Source: Kiritimatiellia bacterium
GTDB taxonomy: Bacteria > Verrucomicrobiota > Kiritimatiellia > RFP12 > UBA1067
DNA: 64,000 nucleotides
Direction of reading: 5' to 3'
Assembly: GCA_045536845.1 (NCBI GenBank)
Contig: JAZSOG010000011.1
Coordinates: forward strand, 34,172 to 98,171
The first letter of the stretch is position 1. The number at the start of each line of letters is the position of its first letter. Shown here one piece after another: positions 27,091 through 36,933 of the stretch. Below the pieces are notes generated by a model, which saw only the letters and a program-made list of their open reading frames with translations, had not been told where the DNA came from and did not search any database. The translations under genes and the position numbers were made by a program.

Positions 27091-30000
27091 TTAGCGGACT
27101 AGGATTACGGTGCCGATGCCGAGGACGCGGAGCGTGCCGCCTGCGCCGTCGGCGGTGTCGATAAATTCGGCGAGGCCTACCGCTTCAAGTTGTGCGGCGG
27201 CGTATGTGCCGGGCGCGAGCTTCGTGTCCCCGATCTTCGCCGACTTGACCGTGAGCGTCTTGCCATTAAGGTCGAGAACAGATCCGGATGACACCTGTAC
27301 GCTACGAAGCCTCAGCTCATCAAAGAACTTGACACGTCCGCAGTCACCGACGACTAGCGCCGCCTTCTTGAAATCGGCAGCGGAATCGGGGGATACTCCG
27401 CCTTTCGTGACTCCAGCGGGAATCGGCGTGTAGGTGTTCGTGTTGAGTGCGTTTTTGTCGTTGCGTACATAGATCGTGCCGCCCTTCTCGCCGTCGCTCT
27501 TCCCCTGAAGGTAGACTGTGCCGGCCGAAGAGCTCTTGTCCGAACTTGCGTTGTCCTTGACGACCGTCGCGCCGCGCGCGAAGAAGTTCGTCTCTGCGCC
27601 TCCGGCGAAGCCCCCGTTCGTAAGCCGCACCGCGATGCGGCCACCGCCGCCGCTGCCGATGCTTCCAGAGGCAGAATCGGCCTTGAATGTGCCGGTCCCT
27701 GAAAGCGTACCGGCTGTGAGAACAATCGAGCCGCCCGACGCGCCGGCGCCCGAAGCGGAACTGCCGTTCGCCGTCACAGTGCCGTTGTTCACGAACGCGC
27801 CGCTCACGTTGAGCAGCAGGAGACCTCCGCCCGGCGCACTCGTCGCCTGGTCGTCCTTAGCGGTGCCGTAACCGGGCAGGCGCGGGGCAAAGACCGAGTC
27901 GAATGCCTTGTTGCCCGATGCCCCGGCAGACTGGCCGCCATGGAAGGAAACGGTGTCCCGGTTGATGTTCATGTCCGGACCGCCGCCGTTCGCGTAGAGG
28001 TAGCCGCCCGATTCGACCGTCAGGTTCCCGTTCACCGTGATGTCGCACTTGGTGAGGTCACTGAAATCCGTCTTGCCCTGGAACTGCAGGCATCCAATCG
28101 CGCCGCCACTATGAACGACCACGTCGCCGTCGAAGGTGTAGGGAGCATTTGCCTGGAAAATCCAGTTGCTCGCGAATTCGTAGGGCGCAGAGCCCCAGTT
28201 GATCGTGCCGCCGTCGTAGCGGATACCGCCCTGGCGGGTCGAGGACGCCGAAACAGACATGGGGCCGTTGGGGAGGTTGAGCGTCGTTCCCGCCGGCACG
28301 GCGAGCATGCCGTAGCCGCTGATGACGATCGCGTCAAATGTCCAGGTCTCGCCCGGCGGGATCGCCGTGATCGCCTGCGGGGCGTGCCACCGCGCGCCGT
28401 AGGACTTGTTGCGCTGGTCGTCCAGGTAGAGCGTGCCGTTCGGCTTCGCGGGGTCGGCCGTCTTTACGTAGAACGTTCCGCCGCCGCCGCCTGACCCGCC
28501 CGCGTTGATGCCGTTGATCTTCACGTTCGCGACGGGGAAGCCGAGCGTCGTCGCCTCCGTGAGCTCGATCGCTACGCGGCCACCGGAACCACGGCTGCCG
28601 TTGTAGTAGGAGTTCGCCGAAAAGTTCGCGAGAATGCTGCCCGATCCCGAGCAGCTCTTCGCCTTGACATAGGCCGAGCCGCACGCCGTGTTGGAACCGT
28701 CGAACTGACGGCCTCGGACGTTGATCGTGCCGTTCAGCGTCGTCGCGCCGCCGACCTCCAGCCAGACAGCGCCGCCGCCCGACTTGTTGTCCGTTGCGGA
28801 ACCGGCACTCGAGCTTCCAGCGCCTAGATCCGCCGGCCTGTAGACGTTGCCGTAGACCTTACCGAAGCCGTCGTAGCTCGCGGCATGCGCCGAGGCAGCG
28901 CTGCCCGCCGGGAACTTCTGCGCCCAGTAGCCCTTCTTCTCCGCGTCAATCTTGCAGCCAGATGCCAGCGTGAAGTCGCCTCCGACGACTGCCTTGAGAT
29001 GGTACTTCTGTCCGTCGTTCGCGCCGTTGATCTTGTGCGTCCAGTTGCCACCGAGAATCTCGACATCGCCCGACACATTCAGCGCCGGGAAGGTGGCGTC
29101 GTATGTCGTGTCGATCTGGACGGTTCCCGTGTAGTCCGCCGTCTGCGTCCACGAGGCGACCGTTGCAGATGCAGCAGCATCCCATTCGCAGTTCGCCTTC
29201 GAGAATCGGCCGTCGAAGAGAATGTTGTCGGACGCGGCAGGCGCGACGCCCTTGGACCAGTTGGAGCCTTCCGACGCGAGGCCGTCCGACGTGGCGACCC
29301 ACGTGTTGTAGCCAGCGGGCGCGACGAGGTTCACGACCGTGAGCTCGGCGGAGCCGGCCTGCGCGTCGATGCCGTAGAGCCCAGCGGCAAGCGTGACTGT
29401 CACGGTCGTGTCGGATGTCGTCTGAGCATCAATAAGCGGCACTACCTCGACATCCACCGAAGAAGAACCTGCTGGAATCGTCGCCATGCCAGAGAGCGTC
29501 ACGAATGTCTGTCCCTCCATGGCGGTTCCATCGACAGTGTAGGAGACCGTGAGATCATGCGCCGTGTCGGATCGCGAGATGCGGAACACGCCGGGAACAA
29601 GTCCGTACTCGTTGGCATCGGATATCTTCTCGATCGAAATGTCGCCGTTGTAGAAGACGCCGCCCTTCGCGACGACCTCGGTGCCGTTGGCGTTCTTCCC
29701 GTAGGCCGCAAAATTGTACGTAGTGTTCGCCGACAGATTCGCGGGCGTGTCCATGTAGGTACCGGGATTGGCGGCGGTGGCGAGGATATTCGTGATGGCC
29801 GTCTCGCCCGCGTCATAGATCACGCCAACATCTCCGCTGTTCTCACTCAGGACGACCGTGACCGTGTAGGTGCCGTTCGCGTTGCGGACGGCAGTCGGCG
29901 TCTGGAACTTCTGCGCCGTGGCGTCGACACTCTCGATCTCTCCCATGCCGAAGAACGCCGCATCGGACATCGTCGCGTATTCGAGCGCGACCTCGGCCGC

Positions 30001-32478
30001 GCTCGCCGCGCCCTTGCGCAGGCGCGCCTCGTCGACGGCGCCGACAAAGTAGGCCTCGCTGCCGTCCGAATCGCAGCCGATCGAGAGCGGATAGCCGTTT
30101 TCCGTGGCTTCCCGGATCGACCCCGTGCCGATCTGGGCCCCGTCGAGGAAGGCCGTCAGCGTGCTGCCGCGGTAGACGAACGCGAAGCGCATCCAGCCGG
30201 ACGAGACGATGTCGGAGAAGCTCGCCGAGATGGCGGTTTCCGAGGAGCCGCGGGCCGAAAGCTTGTTGTTCGCGTTCGCCAGCTCGACCTCCCAGCCGCC
30301 GCCGTCGTTGTATTCACGCTTCCGGGAGACGAGCCGGTCGTAGCCCTTCCGCGCCGTGGCGTCGTAGAAGCAGGAGAAAGTGAAGTTGCCGCCGAGGCCA
30401 AGGGAATTGTAGTTCGGGATCGTCAGGTAGTCCTTCACATCAGACGTGGCAGTCTGGCGCGCCGTGCCGACGGCACCTGCGGCCTGCGCGACCGAAACGG
30501 CGGACGACTTCGCGGGCGACGCGCCGAGGCCGTTGCCCGTCGCGTCCGCCACGGTGCCGGACGCCTCATTCATGTGCCAGACGCCAGCATAGTTCGTCCA
30601 AACGGCGGTCGGGTCGTTGTCGACGTTCGCCGCGCCGCCGAAGTACACCGTCAGTTCTGTTGCAGACGAAAGCGATGGCACCTTGACCCAGACGAGCGTC
30701 TCGCCCGCAGGATCGAAGGTGTCAACCTCGAACGGAAGCGAGGCGTCATTCTCGTCCGTGAAGAAGAGGTCCGTACCGTTTGCGCTTTGGTGGAGTAGCG
30801 CCGAGGCTTCGACGGGCAGACGCACAAGTACGGGGAAGTCCGCCCACGCCGTCTCGCCGATCTTCGCGAGCGCCGTCGCGGATGGCGTCAGCGTCATTTT
30901 CTTCGCGAAGTCCGTCTTTGAGACGGCGACCCGGTTGTGGAGAACCAGATTGGTCGAGGCTGTGGACGGCAGCTCGTAGTTTCCGGCGAGGAGCGTAACG
31001 GTGATCGTCACGTCCTCGTCGACTGTCACATCGTCCAGCGGCATGACCGGAAGAACCGCGCTAGCTGCGTTGGCGGGAATCGTGACGGCGACAGGCACCT
31101 CCCAAGTCGTTCCTTCCGTGCCCGCGCTGCCGGAAATCGTATAGTTCACCGTGAGCGGGAGCGAATCGTCATTGACGCGCGAAACCGTGACGCCACCCGC
31201 GACGAGGCCCTTCTCGTTCGCATCTGTTGTCGCGCCGAGAGACAGCACGCCCGTGTAGAGCGTCCCGGCGTCGGCTTCGACCGTTCCGTTCTCGTTCGTC
31301 GCGAGAACGGAGATCTCGTATGTCGTGTCCACCGCAAGGCCGGAGACGGTCCAGTTGGCCATGCCGCCATCGGCCACGGACTGCCAGCCGTTCGTCGTCG
31401 CGGAGGCGCCGTCGTCCGCAATCCAGGCCAGGTCGGCCGCGTTCGCGTCCTCGGTCGCCGAGAGCGCGTAGGTTGCCGCGCCAGTGCGAGACATGGCGAC
31501 GGTGCCAAGCGCCGGCACGAGGCGGGAGGCATGGGCGTAGGCTTCGTCTTCATCGGTCGTCACAAGAAATTCGTCGAAGGTGATATACTGGCTGTTGACC
31601 TTGTAGTGGCCGAGCATCTGAAGGTAGGAGGGCTTAGCCGATCCGCTAACGAGCGCAATGCCGTTCGTCGTGAACGTCCACTCGAAGTCGGTTGTCAGGG
31701 TGTTGGTCGGAGCGGCGTAGAACGAGAGGGTGTCGTTGCCGTTTTCGCCTATGTCGATTTTCGCGATGCAGGCGCATCGAAGTGTCTTCGACGTGTCGAT
31801 GGTGAAGAGAGGTTTCGTGAAGGTCGCGCCGTCCGCGGGGTTCTTGACATAGGCGGCAACCTCCAGCGTCCCGTTGCGGTTGCGGACGCCCATGTAGATG
31901 CCGTTCGCGATGTTGCATTGGTCGCCCGTCGTCGGCTTTTCGATCGCCTCGGTGCCGAGGCCGGCGATCCAGTAGTTCCATTCGCCGAGGTAGGACGTGC
32001 TTAGGGCGGCTTTGGGAACCTGCATCAGGAATCGAAAGTAGATGGAGCCGGACGTCGGCCACGTGCAGGTAAGCTTCCGCTGCTGGGCGCGGTTGTCGCG
32101 GGTGGCACTGGTCGCCGTGGTGTTGTAGAGGACAGCGCGCAAATCCTTTGTTCCGTGGACAGTTCCATCCTTCCAAATGTCGGGAAGCTGGAGTCCGTCG
32201 GGTTGTGCAACAAAGACGCCCGTTCCGGAATTCCAGCCATTCACCTTGTCGAGACCGATCGAGTCGATGCCGGACTTCTTTCCGTTGAGGGACGAGGCTG
32301 TGTAGTCGGACGTGGCCGTGTAGTCGGCCGAGCTGAAGCCCTCGTAGACAAGAACCTCCGCGCGCGCTTCCGGCGCGGAGAGCGCAAACGCGAGAAGAGC
32401 CGCTACAAGCGGGAACATTCCGCGCGCGAGACGCGATTTAAGAATCGAACCGGAACCTTCGGTATGTTTCATTGCCAT
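27091..32478 (-). CDS. giant secreted surface protein (1795 aa): LamG-like N-domain, FN3-like + Calx-beta modules (x2), DUF2341 + LamG, long G-rich parallel beta-helix, C-terminal tail ...GIGTVILVR
   Basis: Calx-beta-type blocks VSRVNDDSLPLTVNYTISGSAGTEGTTWEV..VTITVTLLAGNYE and ISRSDTAHDLTVSYTVDGTAMEGQTF... DUF2341-like DENDASLPFEVDTFDPAGETLVWVKVP. LamG-like VWHMNEASGTVADATGNG...AVDEARL. Conserved signal peptide MAMKHTEGSGSILKSRLARGMFPLVAALLAFALSAPEARA. Confidence 0.85.
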   Translation of the reverse strand: MAMKHTEGSGSILKSRLARGMFPLVAALLAFALSAPEARAEVLVYEGFSSADYTATSDYTASSLNGKKSGIDSIGLDKVNGWNSGTGVFVAQPDGLQLPDIWKDGTVHGTKDLRAVLYNTTATSATRDNRAQQRKLTCTWPTSGSIYFRFLMQVPKAALSTSYLGEWNYWIAGLGTEAIEKPTTGDQCNIANGIYMGVRNRNGTLEVAAYVKNPADGATFTKPLFTIDTSKTLRCACIAKIDIGENGNDTLSFYAAPTNTLTTDFEWTFTTNGIALVSGSAKPSYLQMLGHYKVNSQYITFDEFLVTTDEDEAYAHASRLVPALGTVAMSRTGAATYALSATEDANAADLAWIADDGASATTNGWQSVADGGMANWTVSGLAVDTTYEISVLATNENGTVEADAGTLYTGVLSLGATTDANEKGLVAGGVTVSRVNDDSLPLTVNYTISGSAGTEGTTWEVPVAVTIPANAASAVLPVMPLDDVTVDEDVTITVTLLAGNYELPSTASTNLVLHNRVAVSKTDFAKKMTLTPSATALAKIGETAWADFPVLVRLPVEASALLHQSANGTDLFFTDENDASLPFEVDTFDPAGETLVWVKVPSLSSATELTVYFGGAANVDNDPTAVWTNYAGVWHMNEASGTVADATGNGLGASPAKSSAVSVAQAAGAVGTARQTATSDVKDYLTIPNYNSLGLGGNFTFSCFYDATARKGYDRLVSRKREYNDGGGWEVELANANNKLSARGSSETAISASFSDIVSSGWMRFAFVYRGSTLTAFLDGAQIGTGSIREATENGYPLSIGCDSDGSEAYFVGAVDEARLRKGAASAAEVALEYATMSDAAFFGMGEIESVDATAQKFQTPTAVRNANGTYTVTVVLSENSGDVGVIYDAGETAITNILATAANPGTYMDTPANLSANTTYNFAAYGKNANGTEVVAKGGVFYNGDISIEKISDANEYGLVPGVFRISRSDTAHDLTVSYTVDGTAMEGQTFVTLSGMATIPAGSSSVDVEVVPLIDAQTTSDTTVTVTLAAGLYGIDAQAGSAELTVVNLVAPAGYNTWVATSDGLASEGSNWSKGVAPAASDNILFDGRFSKANCEWDAAASATVASWTQTADYTGTVQIDTTYDATFPALNVSGDVEILGGNWTHKINGANDGQKYHLKAVVGGDFTLASGCKIDAEKKGYWAQKFPAGSAASAHAASYDGFGKVYGNVYRPADLGAGSSSAGSATDNKSGGGAVWLEVGGATTLNGTINVRGRQFDGSNTACGSAYVKAKSCSGSGSILANFSANSYYNGSRGSGGRVAIELTEATTLGFPVANVKINGINAGGSGGGGGTFYVKTADPAKPNGTLYLDDQRNKSYGARWHAPQAITAIPPGETWTFDAIVISGYGMLAVPAGTTLNLPNGPMSVSASSTRQGGIRYDGGTINWGSAPYEFASNWIFQANAPYTFDGDVVVHSGGAIGCLQFQGKTDFSDLTKCDITVNGNLTVESGGYLYANGGGPDMNINRDTVSFHGGQSAGASGNKAFDSVFAPRLPGYGTAKDDQATSAPGGGLLLLNVSGAFVNNGTVTANGSSASGAGASGGSIVLTAGTLSGTGTFKADSASGSIGSGGGGRIAVRLTNGGFAGGAETNFFARGATVVKDNASSDKSSSAGTVYLQGKSDGEKGGTIYVRNDKNALNTNTYTPIPAGVTKGGVSPDSAADFKKAALVVGDCGRVKFFDELRLRSVQVSSGSVLDLNGKTLTVKSAKIGDTKLAPGTYAAAQLEAVGLAEFIDTADGAGGTLRVLGIGTVILVR

Positions 32479-32607
32479 CCCCCTTGATGCATCGTTTCGT
32501 TTCTAGCGACATTCTACCGTCTCGGGAAAACATCGCCAATGCCCTGAACCATCGTTCGGCGACATTCTAACAAAACGAGGCAGGGATATGAATATACGAA
32601 AGTATAG
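32479..32607 (-). promoter_or_regulatory. conserved promoter/leader cassette, copy A: palindrome 32592..32607; P1 -10 TAGAAT 32564..32569; P2 TTGGCG (32534..32539), 17 nt, TAGAAT (32511..32516); SD AAGGGGGA
   Basis: About 90% identical over ~130 nt to 36714..36842 and 45370..45498. Confidence 0.6.
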
Positions 32608-32611
32608 GCGG

Positions 32612-32671
32612 GGCTGAAAAGTTGAAAGGCGGACAGCCTTCGGCTGGGGGATACGCATCTCCGAAGCGGAG
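32612..32671 (-). terminator. two short GC hairpins plus a T-rich tail after the 1341-aa gene
   Basis: Minus strand CTCCGCTTCGGAG (32659..32671) and CAGCCGAAGGCTG (32634..32646) followed by TCCGCCTTTCAACTTTTCAG. Confidence 0.45.
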
Positions 32672-32729
32672 GTACACCGTCTCAGTGCGCCATTCGCGGC
32701 AGAGCTGGGAACTCAACCACCTTGTGCAA

Positions 32730-35700
32730 TTACCTGACGATCAGCTGAAAACCGATGCCCTTCACGATAAGTTCACCGCCTGCGCCTTCGGCCGTGTCAA
32801 CGAGATAGTCCGCAAGCGTCCTCTCGCCGATTGCAACGGTCGATCCCGCGCCGTATGCGCCCGTCGCGAGCCTCACGCCGTTGACTGTCGCAGACTTTAC
32901 GGTGAGCGTATGACCTCCGAGGTCGAGGCTCGAATTAGCATCCGCTATCTCGATGCTGGCCGCATTCATGTCGGCATTCACCGCGGCACGTCCGTAGTCA
33001 CGCACGACGTACTTGACCTTCTTGTAGTCAGCAATCGCGTCGCCGCCATAGCCGAGCGACACCATTTCCGTGGTGTTGGTATTATTGGCGGCCTGGTTTC
33101 CAGCACTCATGGCGATATATACCGTGCCGCCCTTCTCGCCGTCGGCAGCAGTCTGAAGATAGACAGTGCCGGCGGAGGAGTCGGCGGGACCGCCGGAGCC
33201 CAAAACGCGGCCAGAGGCGGAAATCGCCCCGCTAAAGCTCGAGAAATCGGCACCGGGCGATGTAAGCTTCACGGCAATGCGTCCAGCCGATCCGCGAACG
33301 GCTTGTTTGGAACCTGCCTCTGCAACAACTCGCCCTGTCCCCGAGATAGTTCCTGCCGTAATGTCGATGGATCCCCCCGTTCCTCCAGAGCAGTTTCCGC
33401 CGTCCTTGTAAACCTCCAGCATGCCGTTGGCATTAGCCTCACCGTTGAGCGTAAGTGCGCCTGCCACGACAAGCTTGATGACACCGCCACTCGCTTCAGC
33501 CGCCTGACCGTTGGGCCACGGTACGGAGTTACCAGGAAGGCACGGTGCAAATACCGAGTCATATCCAGTGTAGAACTGCGCGCCCTTGTACTTGTACGCC
33601 AGGCACCGCCCGCCGTGCGTGTGACTCTCCAGAACGCCGGAAAAGCCGTTATTCAGGCTGTTCTTCTCCTTTTTGAGGCCGCATTGCTTCGCGACCAGCA
33701 AGCCATCCGATTCAACCGTCAAATCGCCGTTGACAGTCAGGTTACACGACACAAACGTCGGTAGCGAAGCCCCGTTGTCCACGATGTCCGCCATAGCGGG
33801 CACGCCGATCGCCGCGCCGCCCTTCACCGTGACATCGGCGTCCAGAACGAGGTTGGTCCATGTCGTCAGCATCCAGTTTCCGGTCATCGTCTGGTCGGTC
33901 GAGGAGCCGAGGTCGAGCGTGCCGTCCTCGTAGCGGATCGAGCCGTAGGCCGTGCTGCCCGACGCATTGAGCGAGAACACGCTGTCGAGGCCGTTCGGCA
34001 AATGCAGCGCCGTCCCGACGGGAACCGCAAGGACCGCGTAGTTGCCGAGACCGAGCGAATCGAACGTCCAGTCGCCGTCGGCGGTCACGGGAGTGCATCG
34101 CGCGATCGACGGCGCAAACGCCCCGTCGGCATTGTCGAGAAGGAGCGTGCCGTAGGTCTGCGAGGCATCCTTGATGAAAACCGTCCCGCAGCTGCCGTAG
34201 GTCGAACTCTGCCCGTTGCTGTTGTTGTAGGGATAGACCGAAGCCTTGAGATGGAGCGTCGAATAGTCGATCGGCGTCGACGAAGTGGCAATCACCGCGA
34301 CGCGACCGCCGACGCCGCGGTAGTTCTGCTCGGATGTCGCGACAGCGCTCGCGGAAATCGTGCCCGAACCCGAAACGGTTGCGCCGCGCACATAGACGGA
34401 TCCCGCCGCCCCTCCGCAACGGAGCGTCAAGTTTCGGTTCCAAGTGTCGGATCCCGTATCGGCGCCGATGTAGCCGTCCACGACGATGGCACCCAGAGAA
34501 GTGAGATAGACCGCGCCGCCGCCAATGCCGACATAGTAGTTGCCGCTCGCACGTTTGTAGGGCATGCCGATGTGGACCGGTTCTTTGAGGTTGTCGTAGG
34601 GCGCCTGTCCAGAAGCTCCGAACCATCCGCCGTGTGACGGCGGGGGAGAGGTGTGGTTGCCGGAGTTGGCATGGTAGTAACCCTTGTTCCTGGCATCGAT
34701 CCGGCCGTTCGCGCCGATGACGAGCGACCCCGCATCGATGCGGACGCGGTAGGTCTCGTTGTCGAGGAGATCCTGTAGGTAATCCGTCGCACTCTGCCAC
34801 TGCGTCCGCGACTGCGGATGGGTGATGGTGCCGCTCATGACCGCCATCGGCCCGGTGACGGTCAGGCACTGGAAGTCGCCCTTGCCGGGGTAGACCGTGT
34901 CGAGCGTAACGATGCCCGTGTAGCCGTTCTGCATCGTCCACGAGGCGACCATCGCGGTCGCAGCGGCATCCCATTCGCAGTTCTCGGTCGAGTAGAGGCC
35001 GTCGAAGAAAACGTTCTCCGCGGCGAGCGGCGCATGGCCCGCGGACCAGTTCGCGTCGGTCGAGGCAAGGAACTTTCCGTCCGTGGCCGTGCCGCCCATC
35101 CAATAGTTGCAACCTTCCGGCGTTGTGAAGTTCGCAATCGTCACGGCGACGGCCGCGGGGGCGGCGTAGTTGCCGGCGGCAAGGGAAACCGTCATCGTCG
35201 TGTCGACCGCCGTCGCCGCGTCGAGGATCGGCCTCACCGTGATTGTCGCGGAGGTTTCGCCCGCCGGAATCGTCACAGCGCCCGCGTCGTCCACGTAGTT
35301 CACCCCCGCGACGGCGGTACCGTCCGCGAAGGCGTAGTTCACAACGAGCGGCAGCGGGTCGGGATTCACGCGGCTTACCGTGAGTGTCGCGGGCGCGACG
35401 CCAAGCTCGGCCGCGTCGGAGACCTTCGCGAGCGACAGCGTCCCGCCGTAGATCGTGCCGAGAGCAAGCGTGTCCGTCTCGCCGCCTGCGTTCTCCGCCG
35501 TAAGCACCACTTCGTAGGTCGTGTCGTCCACTGGCGCGGCGAACGTGCCAGTAGCGGTGGAATCAGCCGTGAAGGAGCCCGCGCCGAGCGCAACCGGCGT
35601 TTCGACCGTCGCATCGTCGCCGTCCGAAAGCGTGTAGGTGATGGTCGCATCGCTCTGCGCGAGCGCGGCGGAGGCGGTGTAGACGCCGTTGGCGAGCGCA

Positions 35701-36713
35701 AGCGCGCCGCCTGAAAGTATCGGCTTGGTTGTGTTGACAAGCAGAATGTCCGAAAGGTCCGTGCCGACGACGAGTTCGTCCGCGCGGAAGCGGTCGCCGT
35801 TCGTGCCGTAGGGACCGGCCACGCCGATGCGCGTCGGGTAACTTGAATCCGTCATCAGATCGACCTCGACCGAATCGGACGCACCGCCGATCATCGCCCA
35901 TGGTGTATCAGTGGTGAAGGCGTCGGTCGCCATCGCGCCGGCGCGGAGAATCTCCTTTCCGTCCGTACCTGCGCCGACCTGGACCTCAGCATAGCAGATG
36001 TAGGTTGTTCCGAGAGTGATGCCAGTAACGAGCGGATACGACGTAAACGTCGTCCCGGAGGCGGTCGTATGCGCAAGGGAGAGAACGTACTGGTCGGAGG
36101 AATTCTTCCAGATGACGAACGCAAGCGACGCGGATGATTTCGTCAACAGGTAGTAGTCCGTCGTTCCAGTCGTAAGCCCGAAGCCGAAATAACCGCCGTC
36201 CTTCTGGGCAAGGGAGTCCCCCGCGTTGAGCTTGGTGGCCGCTTTGGAATCCAGATTGAGAAGCACGCGCACGTAGAGCATACCCGAGGAGACTTTTAGC
36301 GCCTCGGCGATCAGGCCATGACTCGTGGAACGAAGCGCAGCGCTACTTTCGCCAGGGTTCAGCCCGATCGAGCCGCCTAGGACGGAGAAGCCGGCGTCAG
36401 TCATGGCGGACGGCAAGGACAGCCCGAAATTCGTGCCGTAGACCTTCGGCTGGCTTCCGCTCATCTGCCAGGCCCCCGTAGCGAGTCCGACCGTATGGTC
36501 GCCGGTGACATTGGCGCCGGAGGGCGTCATCTGCGTGTTATCGCCCACATTGTTGTAGTCCACTGGATGGAAGCCCTCGTAGACGAGAACTTCGCCGTGT
36601 GCCGCAGGCGCGGCAAGCGCGCACGCGAGAAATGCCGCCACGAGCGGGAACATTCCGCGCGTAAAACGCGATTTAAGAATCGAACCGGAACCTTCGGTAT
36701 ATTTCATTGCCAT
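32730..36713 (-). CDS. giant secreted surface protein (about 1327 aa from MAMKY): LamG-like N-domain, FN3-like + Calx-beta module, parallel beta-helix, C-terminal tail ...GIGFQLIVR
   Basis: Start set at ATG 36713 (MAMKYTEGSGSILKSRFTRGMFPLVAAFLACALAAPAAHG), homologous to the starts of the other two giant genes and preceded by AAGGGGG. The track start at 36755 is upstream of the mapped -10 box. Calx-beta block LTVSRVNPDPLPLVVNYAFADGTAVAGVNY. Confidence 0.85.
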   Translation of the reverse strand: MAMKYTEGSGSILKSRFTRGMFPLVAAFLACALAAPAAHGEVLVYEGFHPVDYNNVGDNTQMTPSGANVTGDHTVGLATGAWQMSGSQPKVYGTNFGLSLPSAMTDAGFSVLGGSIGLNPGESSAALRSTSHGLIAEALKVSSGMLYVRVLLNLDSKAATKLNAGDSLAQKDGGYFGFGLTTGTTDYYLLTKSSASLAFVIWKNSSDQYVLSLAHTTASGTTFTSYPLVTGITLGTTYICYAEVQVGAGTDGKEILRAGAMATDAFTTDTPWAMIGGASDSVEVDLMTDSSYPTRIGVAGPYGTNGDRFRADELVVGTDLSDILLVNTTKPILSGGALALANGVYTASAALAQSDATITYTLSDGDDATVETPVALGAGSFTADSTATGTFAAPVDDTTYEVVLTAENAGGETDTLALGTIYGGTLSLAKVSDAAELGVAPATLTVSRVNPDPLPLVVNYAFADGTAVAGVNYVDDAGAVTIPAGETSATITVRPILDAATAVDTTMTVSLAAGNYAAPAAVAVTIANFTTPEGCNYWMGGTATDGKFLASTDANWSAGHAPLAAENVFFDGLYSTENCEWDAAATAMVASWTMQNGYTGIVTLDTVYPGKGDFQCLTVTGPMAVMSGTITHPQSRTQWQSATDYLQDLLDNETYRVRIDAGSLVIGANGRIDARNKGYYHANSGNHTSPPPSHGGWFGASGQAPYDNLKEPVHIGMPYKRASGNYYVGIGGGAVYLTSLGAIVVDGYIGADTGSDTWNRNLTLRCGGAAGSVYVRGATVSGSGTISASAVATSEQNYRGVGGRVAVIATSSTPIDYSTLHLKASVYPYNNSNGQSSTYGSCGTVFIKDASQTYGTLLLDNADGAFAPSIARCTPVTADGDWTFDSLGLGNYAVLAVPVGTALHLPNGLDSVFSLNASGSTAYGSIRYEDGTLDLGSSTDQTMTGNWMLTTWTNLVLDADVTVKGGAAIGVPAMADIVDNGASLPTFVSCNLTVNGDLTVESDGLLVAKQCGLKKEKNSLNNGFSGVLESHTHGGRCLAYKYKGAQFYTGYDSVFAPCLPGNSVPWPNGQAAEASGGVIKLVVAGALTLNGEANANGMLEVYKDGGNCSGGTGGSIDITAGTISGTGRVVAEAGSKQAVRGSAGRIAVKLTSPGADFSSFSGAISASGRVLGSGGPADSSAGTVYLQTAADGEKGGTVYIAMSAGNQAANNTNTTEMVSLGYGGDAIADYKKVKYVVRDYGRAAVNADMNAASIEIADANSSLDLGGHTLTVKSATVNGVRLATGAYGAGSTVAIGERTLADYLVDTAEGAGGELIVKGIGFQLIVR

Positions 36714-36842
36714 CCCCCTTAATACATCGTTTCGCTTCTGACGACATTCTACCACTTCGGGTAAATATCGTCAATGCTATGAACCATCGTTCGGCGACAT
36801 TCTAACAAAACGAGGCAGGGATAGGAATATACGAAAGTATAT
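36714..36842 (-). promoter_or_regulatory. conserved promoter/leader cassette, copy B: palindrome ATATAC-GAAA-GTATAT 36827..36842; P1 TGTTAGAAT (hexamer 36799..36804); P2 TTGACG (36769..36774), 17 nt, TAGAAT (36746..36751)
   Basis: Read directly and aligned by eye with copies A and C. Confidence 0.6.
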
Positions 36843-36897
36843 GTAGGGTTTGGGAAGTTAGAAATTGAAAGTTGAGGCACGTTTGCCACCTTACCGG

Positions 36898-36919
36898 CTC
36901 GACCTTGAAGAAGGCCGAG
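36898..36919 (-). terminator. hairpin CTCGGCCTT-CTTC-AAGGTCGAG after the ATPase gene
   Basis: 9-bp stem (one G-U pair) 15 nt downstream of the stop at 36934, with a T-rich stretch (CTCAACTTTCAATTTC) about 25 nt further downstream. Confidence 0.4.
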
Positions 36920-36933
36920 AACATCGAACACCG

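Noticed and set aside
25878-27164. 428-aa plus-strand ORF and 394-aa off-frame minus-strand ORF (25897..27081)
   Set aside because: They overlap the CE4 deacetylase gene, which has NodB motifs. Both are Arg-rich shadows.
28885-32004. Plus-strand ORFs of 637 aa (28885..30798) and 355 aa (30937..32004), plus many shorter ones inside the 1795-aa gene
   Set aside because: These are Arg/Gly/Val-rich antisense shadows of a minus-strand gene with clear Calx-beta, LamG and DUF2341 motifs.
33742-35112. 456-aa minus-strand ORF in an alternative frame inside the 1341-aa gene
   Set aside because: It is an off-frame ORF, extremely Arg/His/Cys-rich, with no start context. The overlapping frame is homologous to two other giant proteins.
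36749-36931. Conserved small ORFs upstream of the giant genes (36749..36931 and 45375..45578, shared peptide YTFVYSYPCLVLLEC..TMV..IDDI.PKW), and a possible 12-codon leader peptide MVHSIDDIYPKW
   Set aside because: The peptide conservation is explained by roughly 90% DNA identity of the promoter cassette. The ORFs span the palindrome and both -10 boxes, so they would start upstream of the promoters. The stop position differs among copies (the TAG lies inside TAGAAT and is lost where the box is TATAAT). No SD precedes the internal ATG.
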